Source: Utricularia gibba (Eukaryota; Plantae; Magnoliophyta). Taken from it: a stretch of 64,000 nucleotides of DNA. The position numbers and the translations under genes are program-made. Under the pieces are notes generated by a model. The model was not told the DNA's origin and ran no database searches. It saw only the letters and a list, made by a program, of their open reading frames with translations. This document shows positions 39,154 to 52,697 of the stretch, piece by piece. The DNA is taken from NCBI GenBank assembly GCA_002189035.1, contig CM007989.1, positions 1,612,001-1,676,000 on the forward strand, written 5' to 3'. Each line of letters starts with the position of its first letter. Position 1 is the first letter of the stretch.

Positions 39154-39592
39154 CGGAGCACCTCCCCCAGTCTCTTAACCGCCACGGATTCTTCAGAAGA
39201 TGAACGGCAAGGTTTCGCAGCTTTCAGTTCTGCTCAGGTACAACGGTGACTTGGGCTTTCCCAAATCCATGACACCCCTTCAAACCCAAATACCTAAGCA
39301 ATCAAGCCCATTTTATTGGGCTGCCGCCAATCTCCTATATTTCCAATTTTCAAGCAATTTAAATTATCTAAAAATATCTTGACAAAAAAACTCATTCGCA
39401 CTCTTGTATTTTAATACTTTTTTTTATTTACGATTATCATGTTTAATATTTGAACTTAAAATTTTTTATTCGTATAATTTGTTATGATTATTAATTAAAA
39501 ATAATAAAATTATTCAAAAAGGTCCTAAAAGCTGTCGTCTCGCTATTGGCGTAGGGTGAGCAAGAGTTCATCTGCTCGAGTCGCCTTTTGCC

Positions 39593-39748
39593 TCTGGAAG
39601 GTGAAGAGAACCTGGCTGGCCGGTGGCTAACCCATCAAACGTGCGGGACCATTCCCTCTTGGCAACGCGTGTCCTAACGACTCCAATTTTGTTTTCTATA
39701 TTTTAATTTTATTTCCTTTTCTATTATGGAAATTTTCTCCTATAAATA
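39593..39748 (+). promoter_or_regulatory. LEA_3 copy 1 proximal promoter: ABRE + CE3 + TATA
   Basis: AAACGTGC 39637-39644, ACGCGTGTCC 39665-39674, TATAAATA 39741-39748; the same order occurs upstream of copy 2. Confidence 0.7.
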
Positions 39749-39910
39749 TGGCACCTTTTGGCGTCAATATTTCATTCATAGCAGGCGTTGGGAAGGTTGT
39801 CTCTGTTTTCGCTCCCCGCCGCTGCAGAGTTTCAATTCTCGGAATTCGGAGCTTTCTGCAGCCGCGGCGCAATCTTTCTTCAATCCCCCCGGCGGAGAAT
39901 ACGAATCGGA

Positions 39911-40281
39911 ATGGCGCGCTCATTCTCCTCCGTGAAAACATTTTCTTCGTTGATCGGCAACCAGATCTCCAATGCTTTATCGCGGTACGTAAATCTATCT
40001 CGTTTTTGCGATTCAGATAGAAGATTCGATTTCTGTGACCTAACTTTCTATGATCGACGTTTAGGAGAGGATACGCTGTCGCTTCGTCGTCTCAGGCCAG
40101 CAGCGCGAAAAGCGGAGCTCCGACGATGATGTTGAAGAAGGTGACAGATGAATCCGCGAAAACTGCTTGGGTTCCGGATCCAGTGACCGGATTCTACCGG
40201 CCTGCGAATCAGGGCAAAGAATTGAACCCTGCGGAGCTACGTGCAATGCTTCTCAACAACAGAAACAACACCGCACACTAG
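39911..40281 (+). CDS. LEA_3 family protein (SAG21/LEA5-like), copy 1, 96 aa
   Basis: Exons 39911-39984 and 40065-40281: MARSFSSVK...SR|RGYA...W-motif WVPDPVTGFYRP...DxAELR-like NPAELRAMLL. Confidence 0.92.
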
Positions 40282-41375
40282 ACCTCACCGTTTTCCAATG
40301 GATTCGATTCGCCAAGACGATGCAACTTCATTGAAATACGCGCTTGCTTACCGAGTGTAGTTCCCAATAAATTTACCTTGATTTTTTTAGGTTCGAATCC
40401 TTCGATGTTTTGCCTGGATTTGTTCAATGGAAGATAACGCCTATATCGGCATAAGATTTTGTTCCCTTGGGAAAACAGAAGACGTCTTCAATTCTAATAT
40501 GGAAAGCGTCAGCGTATTTATGGCTATTCTAATTTTTGTGTTTTTTAGGGGTGGGATTGAGAAGCATTTGGTAACCGGGGAGGAATATCTAATTTTATAA
40601 TACTCGTGGTCTTGTTTTACAAAATAATTTCTTATTCTCAATTTTAAAAATCATAATTGAATTATTTATCGATATGAATTATATTAAATTCAATAAAACA
40701 ATGATTGAACCACTTAGAAACAAGAATCCTTCATAAAAGAGATTCATGATTTTTTTTTCTGATAATTTAAAATATTAATAATTACAAAAATACAAAATTT
40801 TAACCATGGAACACCAGTTATTAATTTAAAAATAATTATAAAAAAATTATAAAAGTGAAAGCTGTAAACATGTGGCTAATTATGATTGGTCGCTCTAATT
40901 TTCCTGAGAATCGAAACCCTTCTTACACAGTCGGAAAAGCGTTCGTTCATCGTGGTTTCTTCGACCGTTGACTGCAGTCTTGGTCCAATCCGGGGGTCCG
41001 ATAGCACTCCCCCGCCTATCCGGTCAACGAAGCCTGCTTCATTTTCAAAATCACAAAGACGTGGTCAATAATTTCGATTCCACAGCTTTCTCTTTTTCTT
41101 TTTTTCAATAATTTCGGACAAACCGGTGGCCATTTTTTTTAAGATAAAGTGTGTTGCCAAATAGAATTTTGCGCCTAAAAACCTTGCCATCCGATCCTTC
41201 TACTTTACAGGAAAGAATTTCAGCATGCTAAAATAGAAAATAATATGATAATTTATTCTCAGAAAAAGAGTTTTAAAATTGTGGGTATATATGTGTGTGT
41301 TGTTGACGTGGGGTTCCTTTTCAATTTGCTGTGAAGAAATAATTGGATAGTAAATAGTATTTTATTTTCTGCTGT

Positions 41376-41483
41376 TCTGGAAGGTGGAGAGAAACAGCCG
41401 GGAAACGTGCAGTGCCGCTCCTCTTGCCAGCGCGTGTCCCACAAGCGAGTCAATTTTCCCTCCCCGCCATTTACATATAAATA
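41376..41483 (+). promoter_or_regulatory. LEA_3 copy 2 proximal promoter: ABRE + CE3-like + TATA
   Basis: AAACGTGC 41403-41410, GCGCGTGTCC 41430-41439, TATAAATA 41476-41483. Confidence 0.65.
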
Positions 41484-41634
41484 CGACACCGTCCAGCATA
41501 GTTCTCTCATTCGTAGAAGCTCCTCTCTCCTTTCGCTCCCCCCAAGCGGCTGCAGAGTTTCAATTCTCAGAATTCGAAGCTTCCTGCATCCGCGGCGCAA
41601 TCCATCTCCTTCAGTTTTCCGGCGAAGAATACGA

Positions 41635-42016
41635 ATGGCGCGCTCACTCTCAACCGCGAAAACTGTTTCTTCCTTGATCGGCAACCAGATCTCCTCTGTT
41701 TTCTCGCGGTACGTAAATCTATCTTGTTTTTTTTTCTTTTGCGATTCGGATTGAGGATTCCATTTCTCCGACCTAATTCTTTTTTGTGAATTTCAGGAGA
41801 GGATACGCGTCTGTTTCGTCTTCTCAGGCCAGCGGCGCGAAAAGCGGAGCTCCTAAGATGATGTTCAAGAAATTTGCGGACGAATCTGCGAAAACCGCTT
41901 GGGTTCCGGATCCAGCGACCGGATTCTACCGGCCTGCGAACCAGGGCAAAGAATTGGGCCCTGCGGAGCTACGTGCACTGCTCCTCAACAATAGAAGCAA
42001 CAACACCGCACACTAG
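41635..42016 (+). CDS. LEA_3 family protein (SAG21/LEA5-like), copy 2, 97 aa
   Basis: Exons 41635-41708 and 41797-42016, WVPDPATGFYRP; about 81% identical to copy 1 by hand count (17 substitutions, 1 indel). Confidence 0.92.
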
Positions 42017-42694
42017 ACCTCGCTATTTCCGTAGGATATTGAATCAAGAAGAAGATGCACGCTTTACCGGAAACATGCTAGTTTACCAACCAATGTTTGT
42101 TCGTTGCATTAACCTTTCGTCTATGAAATTCTGAAATGATATTTTATACAAATATCTTATCTTATACGTAAATGAAACAAGCTTCTATTAGTTATATTTC
42201 TCATGCCTAACTTTAAATCTAGTATTCCATATATAATTATTTTAAATGAAAATAACAAAAAAAAAATCCCTAATTCAGAACAATCTCTTCAAAAGAGACG
42301 TCTTGCAGGATATCAACTTTTAATGGGGGCGTAGGAGTCAGGGAGCAAGTGAAATTGAGGTTGAGTAGATTCAAATTGAATTCATTATTTATTAGGCTGT
42401 AGTTTAATAATTTTAATAAAAAAATAAAAAGAATTACATTAGATTTAAAATTATTAGTAAACAATTGAATTGGATTTTAAAATAATATAATATAAAATAA
42501 ATAAATAAATAAAATAGATGCAGGGGAGCAGATGGGCCCAAACAATGGAGCTTCTTCCAAGTTGTTAGTTCAGCCCATTAAAGGCCCGTTGGCGGAAACC
42601 CTAAGAACGATCTACTGGTTTTTCTTCCAATTGAGAAGTTCGAAGATTGTGCGCAGAAGCAGATTCAGTAGCGGGAAACGCGAGGAGGGGAGCA

Positions 42695-43821
<1,127 letters not shown>

Positions 43822-44099
43822 GTCTGCCCATTTTCCTCTGCGTGCTGCCCGACCCATTCTATTTAATCATTCAAAACATTGTTTTTAACAATTCTATGCA
43901 TCCCTCAAAGATCAAATGGTTCATTTCAACGTTTCGAAAATTTGAGATTTGGCTGAATGATCTACTCTCCTTTTCCCAAATGCCTTCTGCTTCTCATCAT
44001 ACAAGTTTCCACACATCTCACACCACATAGTTCGTAAAAAGATTATGATTTGCAAAAAAATAAGAGCTTTGAGGAGGAAAAGAGGCAACCTAAAACCAT

Positions 44100-46491
44100 T
44101 CAGCTCACATCCCTGAGCCTTCTGATTAGCGTGTCCAGCGATTTCTTCTTGGGGTTCGGCCTGGCCCTCGGTTTCCAAAGGACCCGAATAAGCTATCGGA
44201 TTGATCTCTCAGCTTCTCAGAAATGGCGACAACCTTCCTGTAATCAAGACTGTTGTAACTCTTCTCTCTGATAACAGGGTTTAAGAAGCTTTCTGGGTGA
44301 CTGCTGAGAAGCAGGTTGATCATCTGTCGGGATTCAAGGAGAGCTGATTTCAAACGGGCAGCATCGGCCCCAGGAACAAGAGAAGCTTGGTCCTCTGCAA
44401 ATGCCTCCAGCTGCTGAATATCAACGTCCAGGCCCATGATCGCATTAATGTTGAATCGTTTAACCGAGTCTGCGAGCAAGGCATTGATGATGGTGTGGGA
44501 GATGTGGGAAAGAACATCTTGCAGAACGCGGCTGAGGACGTTGGCGGGGAGGATCTGCCGCGCTATAGAAACCCTTGTCTCCAGGAAGATGATGACTTCG
44601 TTCACATATTCATTGCCTCCCTGAGGCGGATCATCTGTCATCCAGTTGATGTTCTCCATCAGTGTAAGGAATCCATCTACCTTCTGTTTTAGCAACCCAG
44701 AGAGGGTTTCTTCCGCTGCATTGCGAGCATTGATCAATGGAAACTGTCTACGCCTCCTTTCACCGAGCCTTGAAGGGATACCAGAGAGTTGTGCAGCATG
44801 CCGGAAGAAGAAATCACATGCACGCTCGAAGACTGCCATATTTGCTGCCATTTGCATCGCCTGGGTAACTCCTGAGACTGATCCGTTGATTACCTTCAAG
44901 AGAGCTCCATCTAGGACTTCTGTCAGTAGCCTGTCCAAATACTTCTTAACCACATCATAAAACTCAAGCTGCCCGCCATAAGACATGAAGCTAACAGAAT
45001 CTTCAATGAATGAGCGCACAATTCGACAGCAGTCTGGGACAGTGAATGAAAAGGGGGCAACATATGGAAATGCCGGAATGATATTTGAGGTCTGTAGCTG
45101 AAATGAGAGCACATTCATGGAGTACTCATACTCTTTCTTCATGTACATCTGCTCAAACTTATCAGCAGCAAGAACTTCAGTAATCTTCTTAAGGCAATCA
45201 GATAATAAGAGCTCATGATACTTATCTTTGTGCTTGCTGAGAACATCAAGCAATGCATCAATCGGGTACCCATATCTACGCATAGTGACACCAAGCAAAC
45301 TCACATAATCTTTGATCAGTAATAAATGATTTGCAGTCTGCATCCTAGAAAACTGATCCTCCAAAACAGAACACATTTTACTAACAGCAGTATCCCACAA
45401 ACTCTCCACTTCAGTTCTAGAGATTAAACCACCGCCTGTCCTTAAAACCCGATCTTCAACGATGAAAAATCCAGCAATTTGTGCAAAAAAAGTCTGGTGA
45501 GACTCCAGAAAGGGAGTCATTGAGGATACCTGGAAATCTGAAGTAAGTTGCAGCTTGCGATTTTCAAAATAGTACTTCTTGAATCTGTCCTCAAAACCCA
45601 GGGTCTGGTGTATGTGATAAGCACGATAAAGAGGAGTCAAATCGAATCCTAAATTCCCACTTGCGCCGTTGCTACCTTCAAGGATTCTATCGATCTCATC
45701 ATCGTCTTCTTCCAGAGTATAAACACAATCTCTCAAGCTAACGCCCTCCTCCGCTTGGCGCTGTTTAACTCTCATTTCTTCTTCCCTCTGGCGGGCGGCG
45801 GAAGCTTGCCCAATAGCCAGTTGACCTAAATTCCGGCTAACAGTTCGAATAGCGACCAGCCAATCCCGAATTCCATGCTCACTTTTCTCTCTATGTGAGC
45901 CCTAATCGTAGGGATCTGCTTCTCCAACATTCTCTTCAGCACAGAAGAAGGCGTTTTGTCCACAAATCTGGACTCAATCGAGTCCAAACATTTCAAGGCC
46001 ATGTAGAAACTGTTCTGGGAAAGATGAAAATTCGCGCGCGAGCACAGCTCCATAAGTTGAATACAGGTGCTGAGAGAATCAATCGCGATACCTATGTTTG
46101 AGCATTTGTTCCTCGCCTCAATGTAACCGTCGAGAGAGGTGAGCAGTGGAACGGCAACGTTTTGAAGCTTCGAGTTGGAACTGAAAAGCGACAATTTCAA
46201 CGATTCAACCCCGGAAAGTAGAGAACGGAGATCGTCGACCGCCGTGATAAATTCCTGGTAGTGATCTCGGCATACGTCCTCAATCTCGGACTCCTTGGAT
46301 CTAGTGAAGTGCTTAAGATGCTGAAGCAGGGTATCCGGCTTCCCCGCTGCGAAGGCCTTCCGGACGAAGGGACCGAGGTCATCGCCGTTAGATATGGCGG
46401 CGAAAATGAGGGCCTGATCTTGCTTGTCGGAGACGTCGCCGTTCTCCGCCGCCGGAACAACTTTACGCCGAGCGGTTGGCGTACTCATCAT
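44100..46491 (-). CDS. SEC15B: Exocyst subunit SEC15B, single exon, two apparent frameshifts
   Basis: DLGPFVRKAF, YQEFITAVDDLR, FDLTPLYRAYHIH, FAQIAGFFIVED. +1 G at 45865-45867 restores EFGDWLVAIR; +1 G at 44165-44167 restores the PNPKKKSLDTLIRRLRDVS* ending (stop 44100-44102). Confidence 0.94.
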
Positions 46492-46868
46492 GCCTTTCTT
46501 ACAGTACAGGAGACCGCCGCGGCCCCATCGAACGTGGAGAAGATATCGGGGTCGCGGTAGATAAATCAGCTCTTGACTTCATTGCCCCTGATTTAAATAA
46601 CAATAAACTCTTTTTTTATTTAAAAACTAGAATTTAATTTCCCACAATTACAGTTTTCCAAATAATTTTGAACATAATTACAAGTAATTTTACTTTCAAA
46701 ATTAATTAATTTATTTTCCTAAAAAGAAGGCGCCGTTAATGAAATTGGGAACTTTTGGATGGCAGCTCAGAGATTTCGCAGCTTCTTCCTCATGCCGTTT
46801 GTGTTCCTTAAAGCACCTTCTCTCAGACGGAGAAGATGCGAAGAAATCCTGAAGAAAAGGCTTGAAAA

Positions 46869-47545
46869 ATGTTGCCCAAATTCGTACTTTTGTTGCCCTT
46901 CCTAATCGGCCTCTGCTCCGCCGGTGCATCCCTCCGCCGCATCCCCATCGTTCGGGTGTCATCTTATCGCTCCAGCCAGCCGCTGATCCAATCAGCCTGC
47001 GGGGGAACAGGGAAATACGAGTCCGAATGCAATTCCGTGCTCGAAAATGCTTCACTATCTCAAAAGAACGATGCAACCGGCCTCGCGTTCTTCGCATTGA
47101 AGTAAGTAAGGATGGGTGTCTTAAACCTAATTTGGGGGCGAACCACGTAAATTCATCGATTGTGATTTCGAGCAGATTCGTGGAGGATCAGGCAGTGAAC
47201 CTCACGAACGATATCCAGAAAGCGCAGGCGCTCCCCAGCCTATCGCCGATGCTGCAGGCCGCCTTGGGGGACTGTATGGACCAGTACAGCTCGGTCGACG
47301 ATCTGATCGAGGATGGCATCAACGCCATGCTGGCGAACGCGTACGATGATACCCACAAGTTTATCGATGCCGCCGTGATGAACATCGACGTCTGCCACAG
47401 CAAGCTGAATGCGAGCTCTGAAGCCAGCGTCAAGTACGATACAAGAAACGAACAAGATGTTCAGTTGGGCGCCAACCTGTCTGATCACAACTGCTTCCTT
47501 AAGAGCATGCTGGGTGCAGCTGCTTCCGTGATAAGGTCACCGTGA
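46869..47545 (+). CDS. Secreted pectin methylesterase/invertase inhibitor (PMEI domain), 2 exons
   Basis: Signal peptide MLPKFVLLLPFLIGLCSAG; four PMEI cysteines (IQSACGGT, SECNSVL, LGDCMDQY, IDVCHSKL); intron 47102-47175. Confidence 0.85.
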
Positions 47546-47990
47546 GTGCTCGCACGTATAAGCAGATGAGCTCACAAATTAAATTGAATTTAATTCCGAT
47601 ATTTTCATGTAATTCGGGTTGGACTCGTTTTTCCGTTAAACAAGATGCGTCAATTTGATTCCTTTTTCGAGATATTTCCAAGATAATATCGAAAATAAGA
47701 TGCAATAATCATGTAATTACGTGCTCATTAACCCCTTGGTTTAGGGGGACGTTACAAGGAAAGGCACATGCATGCAAACTGTACGGTATAAAACCGGTCG
47801 CAGGATCAAGGATTGTTGATGATGGATCAGAAAGCACAGCATTCTAAAATCCACCAAAAGAAGTAAGAGGAGCCAGCGGGTATGGCAACTAGAAGGGAGG
47901 ATGCAGTAGTTGTCAAAGCGGGTTCTTATTTCAGGGAACAAGAAGAAGAAGCATGTAGAGCTTTTTTGGGAAGATATACTCGTCTCAGCC

Positions 47991-50900
47991 TCAGACAACC
48001 GCAACTTCAGAGGCAATGTAACTGGAACGCTGGGAATCTTGGCTGGAGGATTTTGGCTTTGACATCTTGAGAACGGTTACTGCTGCAGCGACTCTGGCTG
48101 CAAGTAAGTCTGGTGAATCTAAAAGCGGTAGCACTTCGGAGTTTTCCATTTCCAAAAGCATGCCTGTTACCTTTGATGCAAGTTCAGGCTGCAACAAGTA
48201 CAAGTAGATAGATGTTTATGGCGTCAGGTTTCATCTTCTATTCTACATAAGTGATGAAAATTTGCTTTGACCTCATGATAAGCAACCAGCTGATGAAGAC
48301 GCTCCCTAATTATATCTTTTTGATACTGGGGAGGCAGTCCAGAAAGAAGGGTGCCCTGTGGCTCAGGTCCCTTGGCAAACACTATCTGCTGAAAAACAGT
48401 AGACCCTTCTTAGTTCGCGCACATGTGATAAACAGGATGTAAGCTATAGGTCTAGAGCAGACCTCGTTGTTGCTTGAGTCTCTTGATTGTGACAAAAGAA
48501 GTGGATGCGAATAGGGTCCTGGATAGGTTGCGAGACAACTCTGTAGAGGATTCAGCCGTCCTCTGCTGTTGGAGTGTTGTCTCAAATTATTAGGGGGTGC
48601 CTAGCAATATGAAGAGATGCATCAATCTTCTATTTGTTACTTACACGAACCAGAAAAAGGACGTTTAACGAAGCATAGATAAAATTACCGAGGTGGCAGA
48701 GGTTGATTGAACCGAAGCTCTTGGATAAAAATTCACCATGCCATTAGGTCTCCATGCTGGCCTCATAGTTGGAGACTGAAACATCATCCCTGAGTGTGCA
48801 GGGATTCGGGGAACAATTCCTGGTGCAGGGTAATACACAGGTGAATATCCTCCAGGAAATAGAGTCGCAGGTCCTAATCCTGTTCCTCTTTGAGCATATA
48901 GAAGTTGTAACTGAGCCCGTCTTTCTTCTTTTCTCTGAGCAATCGCAACATACAACGGCTTTCGTCTCAACATGAATCCTGTAAAAAAGTTAAATATATT
49001 TCCATCCCACACTGTCAACTGTGCAAAGATTTAGCATGGAAAGCAGATTTATCATTCAGACGACAATAGGAAAAATGCAGTGTGTACTACACCTATGACC
49101 AGATTGTATTCAACCCAAAAAACTCCTTAGAAATCAAAGTAGACAATGTGGGTTCCTCTTGGCCAAAGAGAGGATACAGCATTTTTATAAACCACCAAAA
49201 GATGAATAAATGTGTCAGACCACTTAGAACTCTGAACTGAGAATATTCTCCAAGCCAACTTCTGAAAACAGAGTGAAAGGAGGAGCTTTTATCTTCATTA
49301 TGCATGTTTAGAAGGAAAAGCACGTCTGTATGTATGAAGTTTCAGATAATTTGAAACACATTACGCACTTCTTTTTGGAATGATTACTACACCAAGGATA
49401 CTGACCATAGAAGGTGCGCACAGCATTATTCGCCTCCTCAGCAGTGGAGAAGCAGACGAATCCAAATCCTCTGCTCAATCCTTTACCATCTCTCATAATC
49501 TTTGCAGAGGTGATTATGCCACACCGACTGAAATACCCCTTAAGCTCACTATCAGTTACATCATCATCAATATTCTTAACAAACACATTTGAACCCTGAA
49601 ATTGATAGATTATGGAGAACAGTAAGAAGAGTAATAGGATCGCAACTATGTATGTGCTCCACCCAAAGAAAAACCTTACCTGACACTGCAGGGTCTTTTC
49701 CTTCCTTTTTTCCTCAAACTGGCGCCTTAGCAATTCCTCTCGTTCTGATTTTTTCTGAGCTCGTGCCACGTACAAAATCTTTGATCCTGTATGGATATTT
49801 CGAGTGTAAAAGTCCAGGGAGTAAGTATTACAGTAAAAATAAATTATAAGTTTTTGAGTCTACCAAGTTGTACACCATTCAGTGCTTCCTCTGCACGTTT
49901 GGCATCATCTGGGTTCTCGAAGTTGACAAATCCAAAGCCTCTGGATGTACCATTGTCATCCCTTGAGATGGCTAAGCTTAAAATCTGCCCAAAACGGGAA
50001 AACTTGTCCTTTAGAAGATCTTCAGAGATGTTAGTATCCAGATTCTTCATATACAAGTTTGAATATTTTGTTTCTGGAGAGACCACGGCACGATCACTCT
50101 TCTTCACAAATTTACCAACATACCTGGCCAGGGATTTCAAATTCATAAGCTGTGAATGTAAAGCTGAATTCAGAAAAAAAAATATAATAAACAAGGGACG
50201 AAGTCATTGATGTACATCTGTTTGCCACCATCAGTAATGGTTCCGTTCATATTCTCAATGGCAGTTATCGCTGAAGTTTCTGATTCAAACTGCACAAAAC
50301 CATATCCTTTGCTCTTTCCATCCTCAGCATGGACAACCTTACAGGAAATTATAGCACCAAACTTCTGAAATATATCTTGAAGCTTCACGCTATCAGTTGA
50401 TTCACTCAAGTTCTGTCACACATTAAACATCTTAAGCAAGTGTTGTCTGTAAAGAATTCAAACAACCACAATTCTGAAAACGCGAAACAAAAACAGTAAA
50501 TTCACCTTGACAAAAACATTTCCAACACCACTCCTCCTAGAATCGGGATCCCGATTCGACCACATGACCCTTATCACTTTGCCATTCAATGTTGACAGAT
50601 TTTTTGTCTCTATGGCACGGATGGCTGCAAAAGATGCACATATATTATCTTAATTAGGTGATCCAGCACAGTGATCTTCAAACAGATCGTTAAAAAAACG
50701 GCATCCCTGCACAATCCTGTTATCCGCAGATTTTAAGGCACCCCAGAATTCAGATAACAGATGGTGATATTTCTGAATCAGAACATTCCGTTCATTCCCG
50801 ACAAACAACTAGATCCCAAACCACAATCATGGGTGACAAGATACAACAAAAAGTAACCCTATCCGCCCACTTTCACAAATACGCGCCACTTATTTCATCG

Positions 50901-51132
50901 TCGAAAAAATCAAGAAAAAAGAGAACAAATGACTACCATCTTCAGGCGAGTGAAAGTTGACGTATCCATAGCAAAGAGACCGGCCACTGGAGGAATCTCG
51001 GCAAACCCGAACCGACGTCAGACTCTTGAACTCAACAAATTCCTTGTTCAGTATTTCATCGTTAACGTCTGGATGCAAATCTCCGACGTATAAAGACGCA
51101 GGAATCGGAACCGTCGCCTGTTCCTCCGCCAT
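47991..51132 (-). CDS. Poly(A)-binding protein, PAB7-like (4 RRMs + MLLE), 10 exons
   Basis: [59 protein letters not shown], end ASEVAVV*. All exon phases checked in frame. Confidence 0.93.
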
Positions 51133-52697
51133 ATCCACTTCCTACTTTCTGCAACCACAAAAACAAAAGCCGGATGCAACATTCTTAGGTCAAAAAAAGA
51201 CTCGAATTATCGGGTGAAAAACTCAACGAAATGACGAAAAGAAAGTACCGATTTAACCGAGATTCCAAGATGAGAAACAAAATTAGTCTTAAAGATACTC
51301 CTCCAAAACGGAGAAATTGAAGAACAGACCAGTTAGGAGGAGGAATGTTAAGCGAGTGAATGAACGAACGACAGCGGAAGTGCGTGTTTTGTGTGCGAGT
51401 ATGTTTGTTTTTGTTGCTCGAGAAGGTAATCTGCATGGACGCGAGAGTTTTGTGGCGTTTCCGGAACAGATACCATACACATTGCACTGAGTCTGACGCG
51501 CGTCAGCCGCGCGTGCCTACTCCAAACGAATGGAAATGCGCGAGTGGTGTGAAACGCTCGTTTAGCGAAGGTTGGGCCGCTTTGACCGAGCACAGCGAGA
51601 AACGGGGATTAGCTGGCAATTCGGTTACAGCTCCGTCATACACCAGGCCCGCCCCCGCCCGGCCCGAACCAAACCAACATTTCATTATGGATAGTTAGAA
51701 AATATAAAAGGAAACATTTTTAGTTTTTACTGAAAAAATAGTTAATTTTAAATAGTATATTTAGTTGTTGTACATATTAATCTAGAGCTTTTTTAACGTG
51801 ATATTTTATTTTTTCCGTAAAATTTTTTTTATTAAAAATGGATACTTAAATCAATATTATTTGACAATATAGTATTTAATAGACATATTTAGATATTTAA
51901 AATATATATATATTTTTTTTTATAAATGTGTATCTGACCTTATAATCATGCTTAGAAACAGACTCAATTCTTGTAGATTCTTTTTTCATTTTTTTCCTTT
52001 TATTTTTGTTTCTAATTTATATATTTCACAGATTTTTCACATTTCATTTCTTCATTAATTCAATTAATGTTTTAGTGGAATAATGTTTCACATCAAAAAT
52101 CAATAATTATAGTCATAATATTTTGTTACAAACAAAAAAATAATGCTCTACTGCAAAACCATGGCTTATTATGATGTAAAAACATGATAACAATACCAAT
52201 GCATAATTCAACTAAAAATTAATTTTTTTAAAAAAAACACTTATGTTATACATTTTTTAAAAACATGTAATAGATTAATCAATTTAATCCTACAAAAATA
52301 TTAATTTTTTTGTATTTTTATTTATTGATAATTTGTAAATTATACTTTTCGAATAGTTTTATGGGGAAACATTCAAATAGTATAAAACATTTGTCATTAT
52401 TTTGATTTCAAATAAAGTAAATTGTCACATATGAAATGATCTTTACGGCTCTTTTAATTTCTGAACTTAATCATTCATTTTTTTCATTCTCTATTTAAAA
52501 CCCTAACCCATCTCCTAATGGCTAATCTAATTGACAACAATTCGTTACTTATGGTTACAAAATTCAATATTCCTTATTTTTTGGTAATAAATTCCACAAA
52601 AGCAACATTTTTCCAGAATGGTGGGTTCCTAGAAGGGCCGCTGCTATCATGTTACATATCATGTAGTTCTTCCATTTTGGTGACATTTTTCCAAGTT

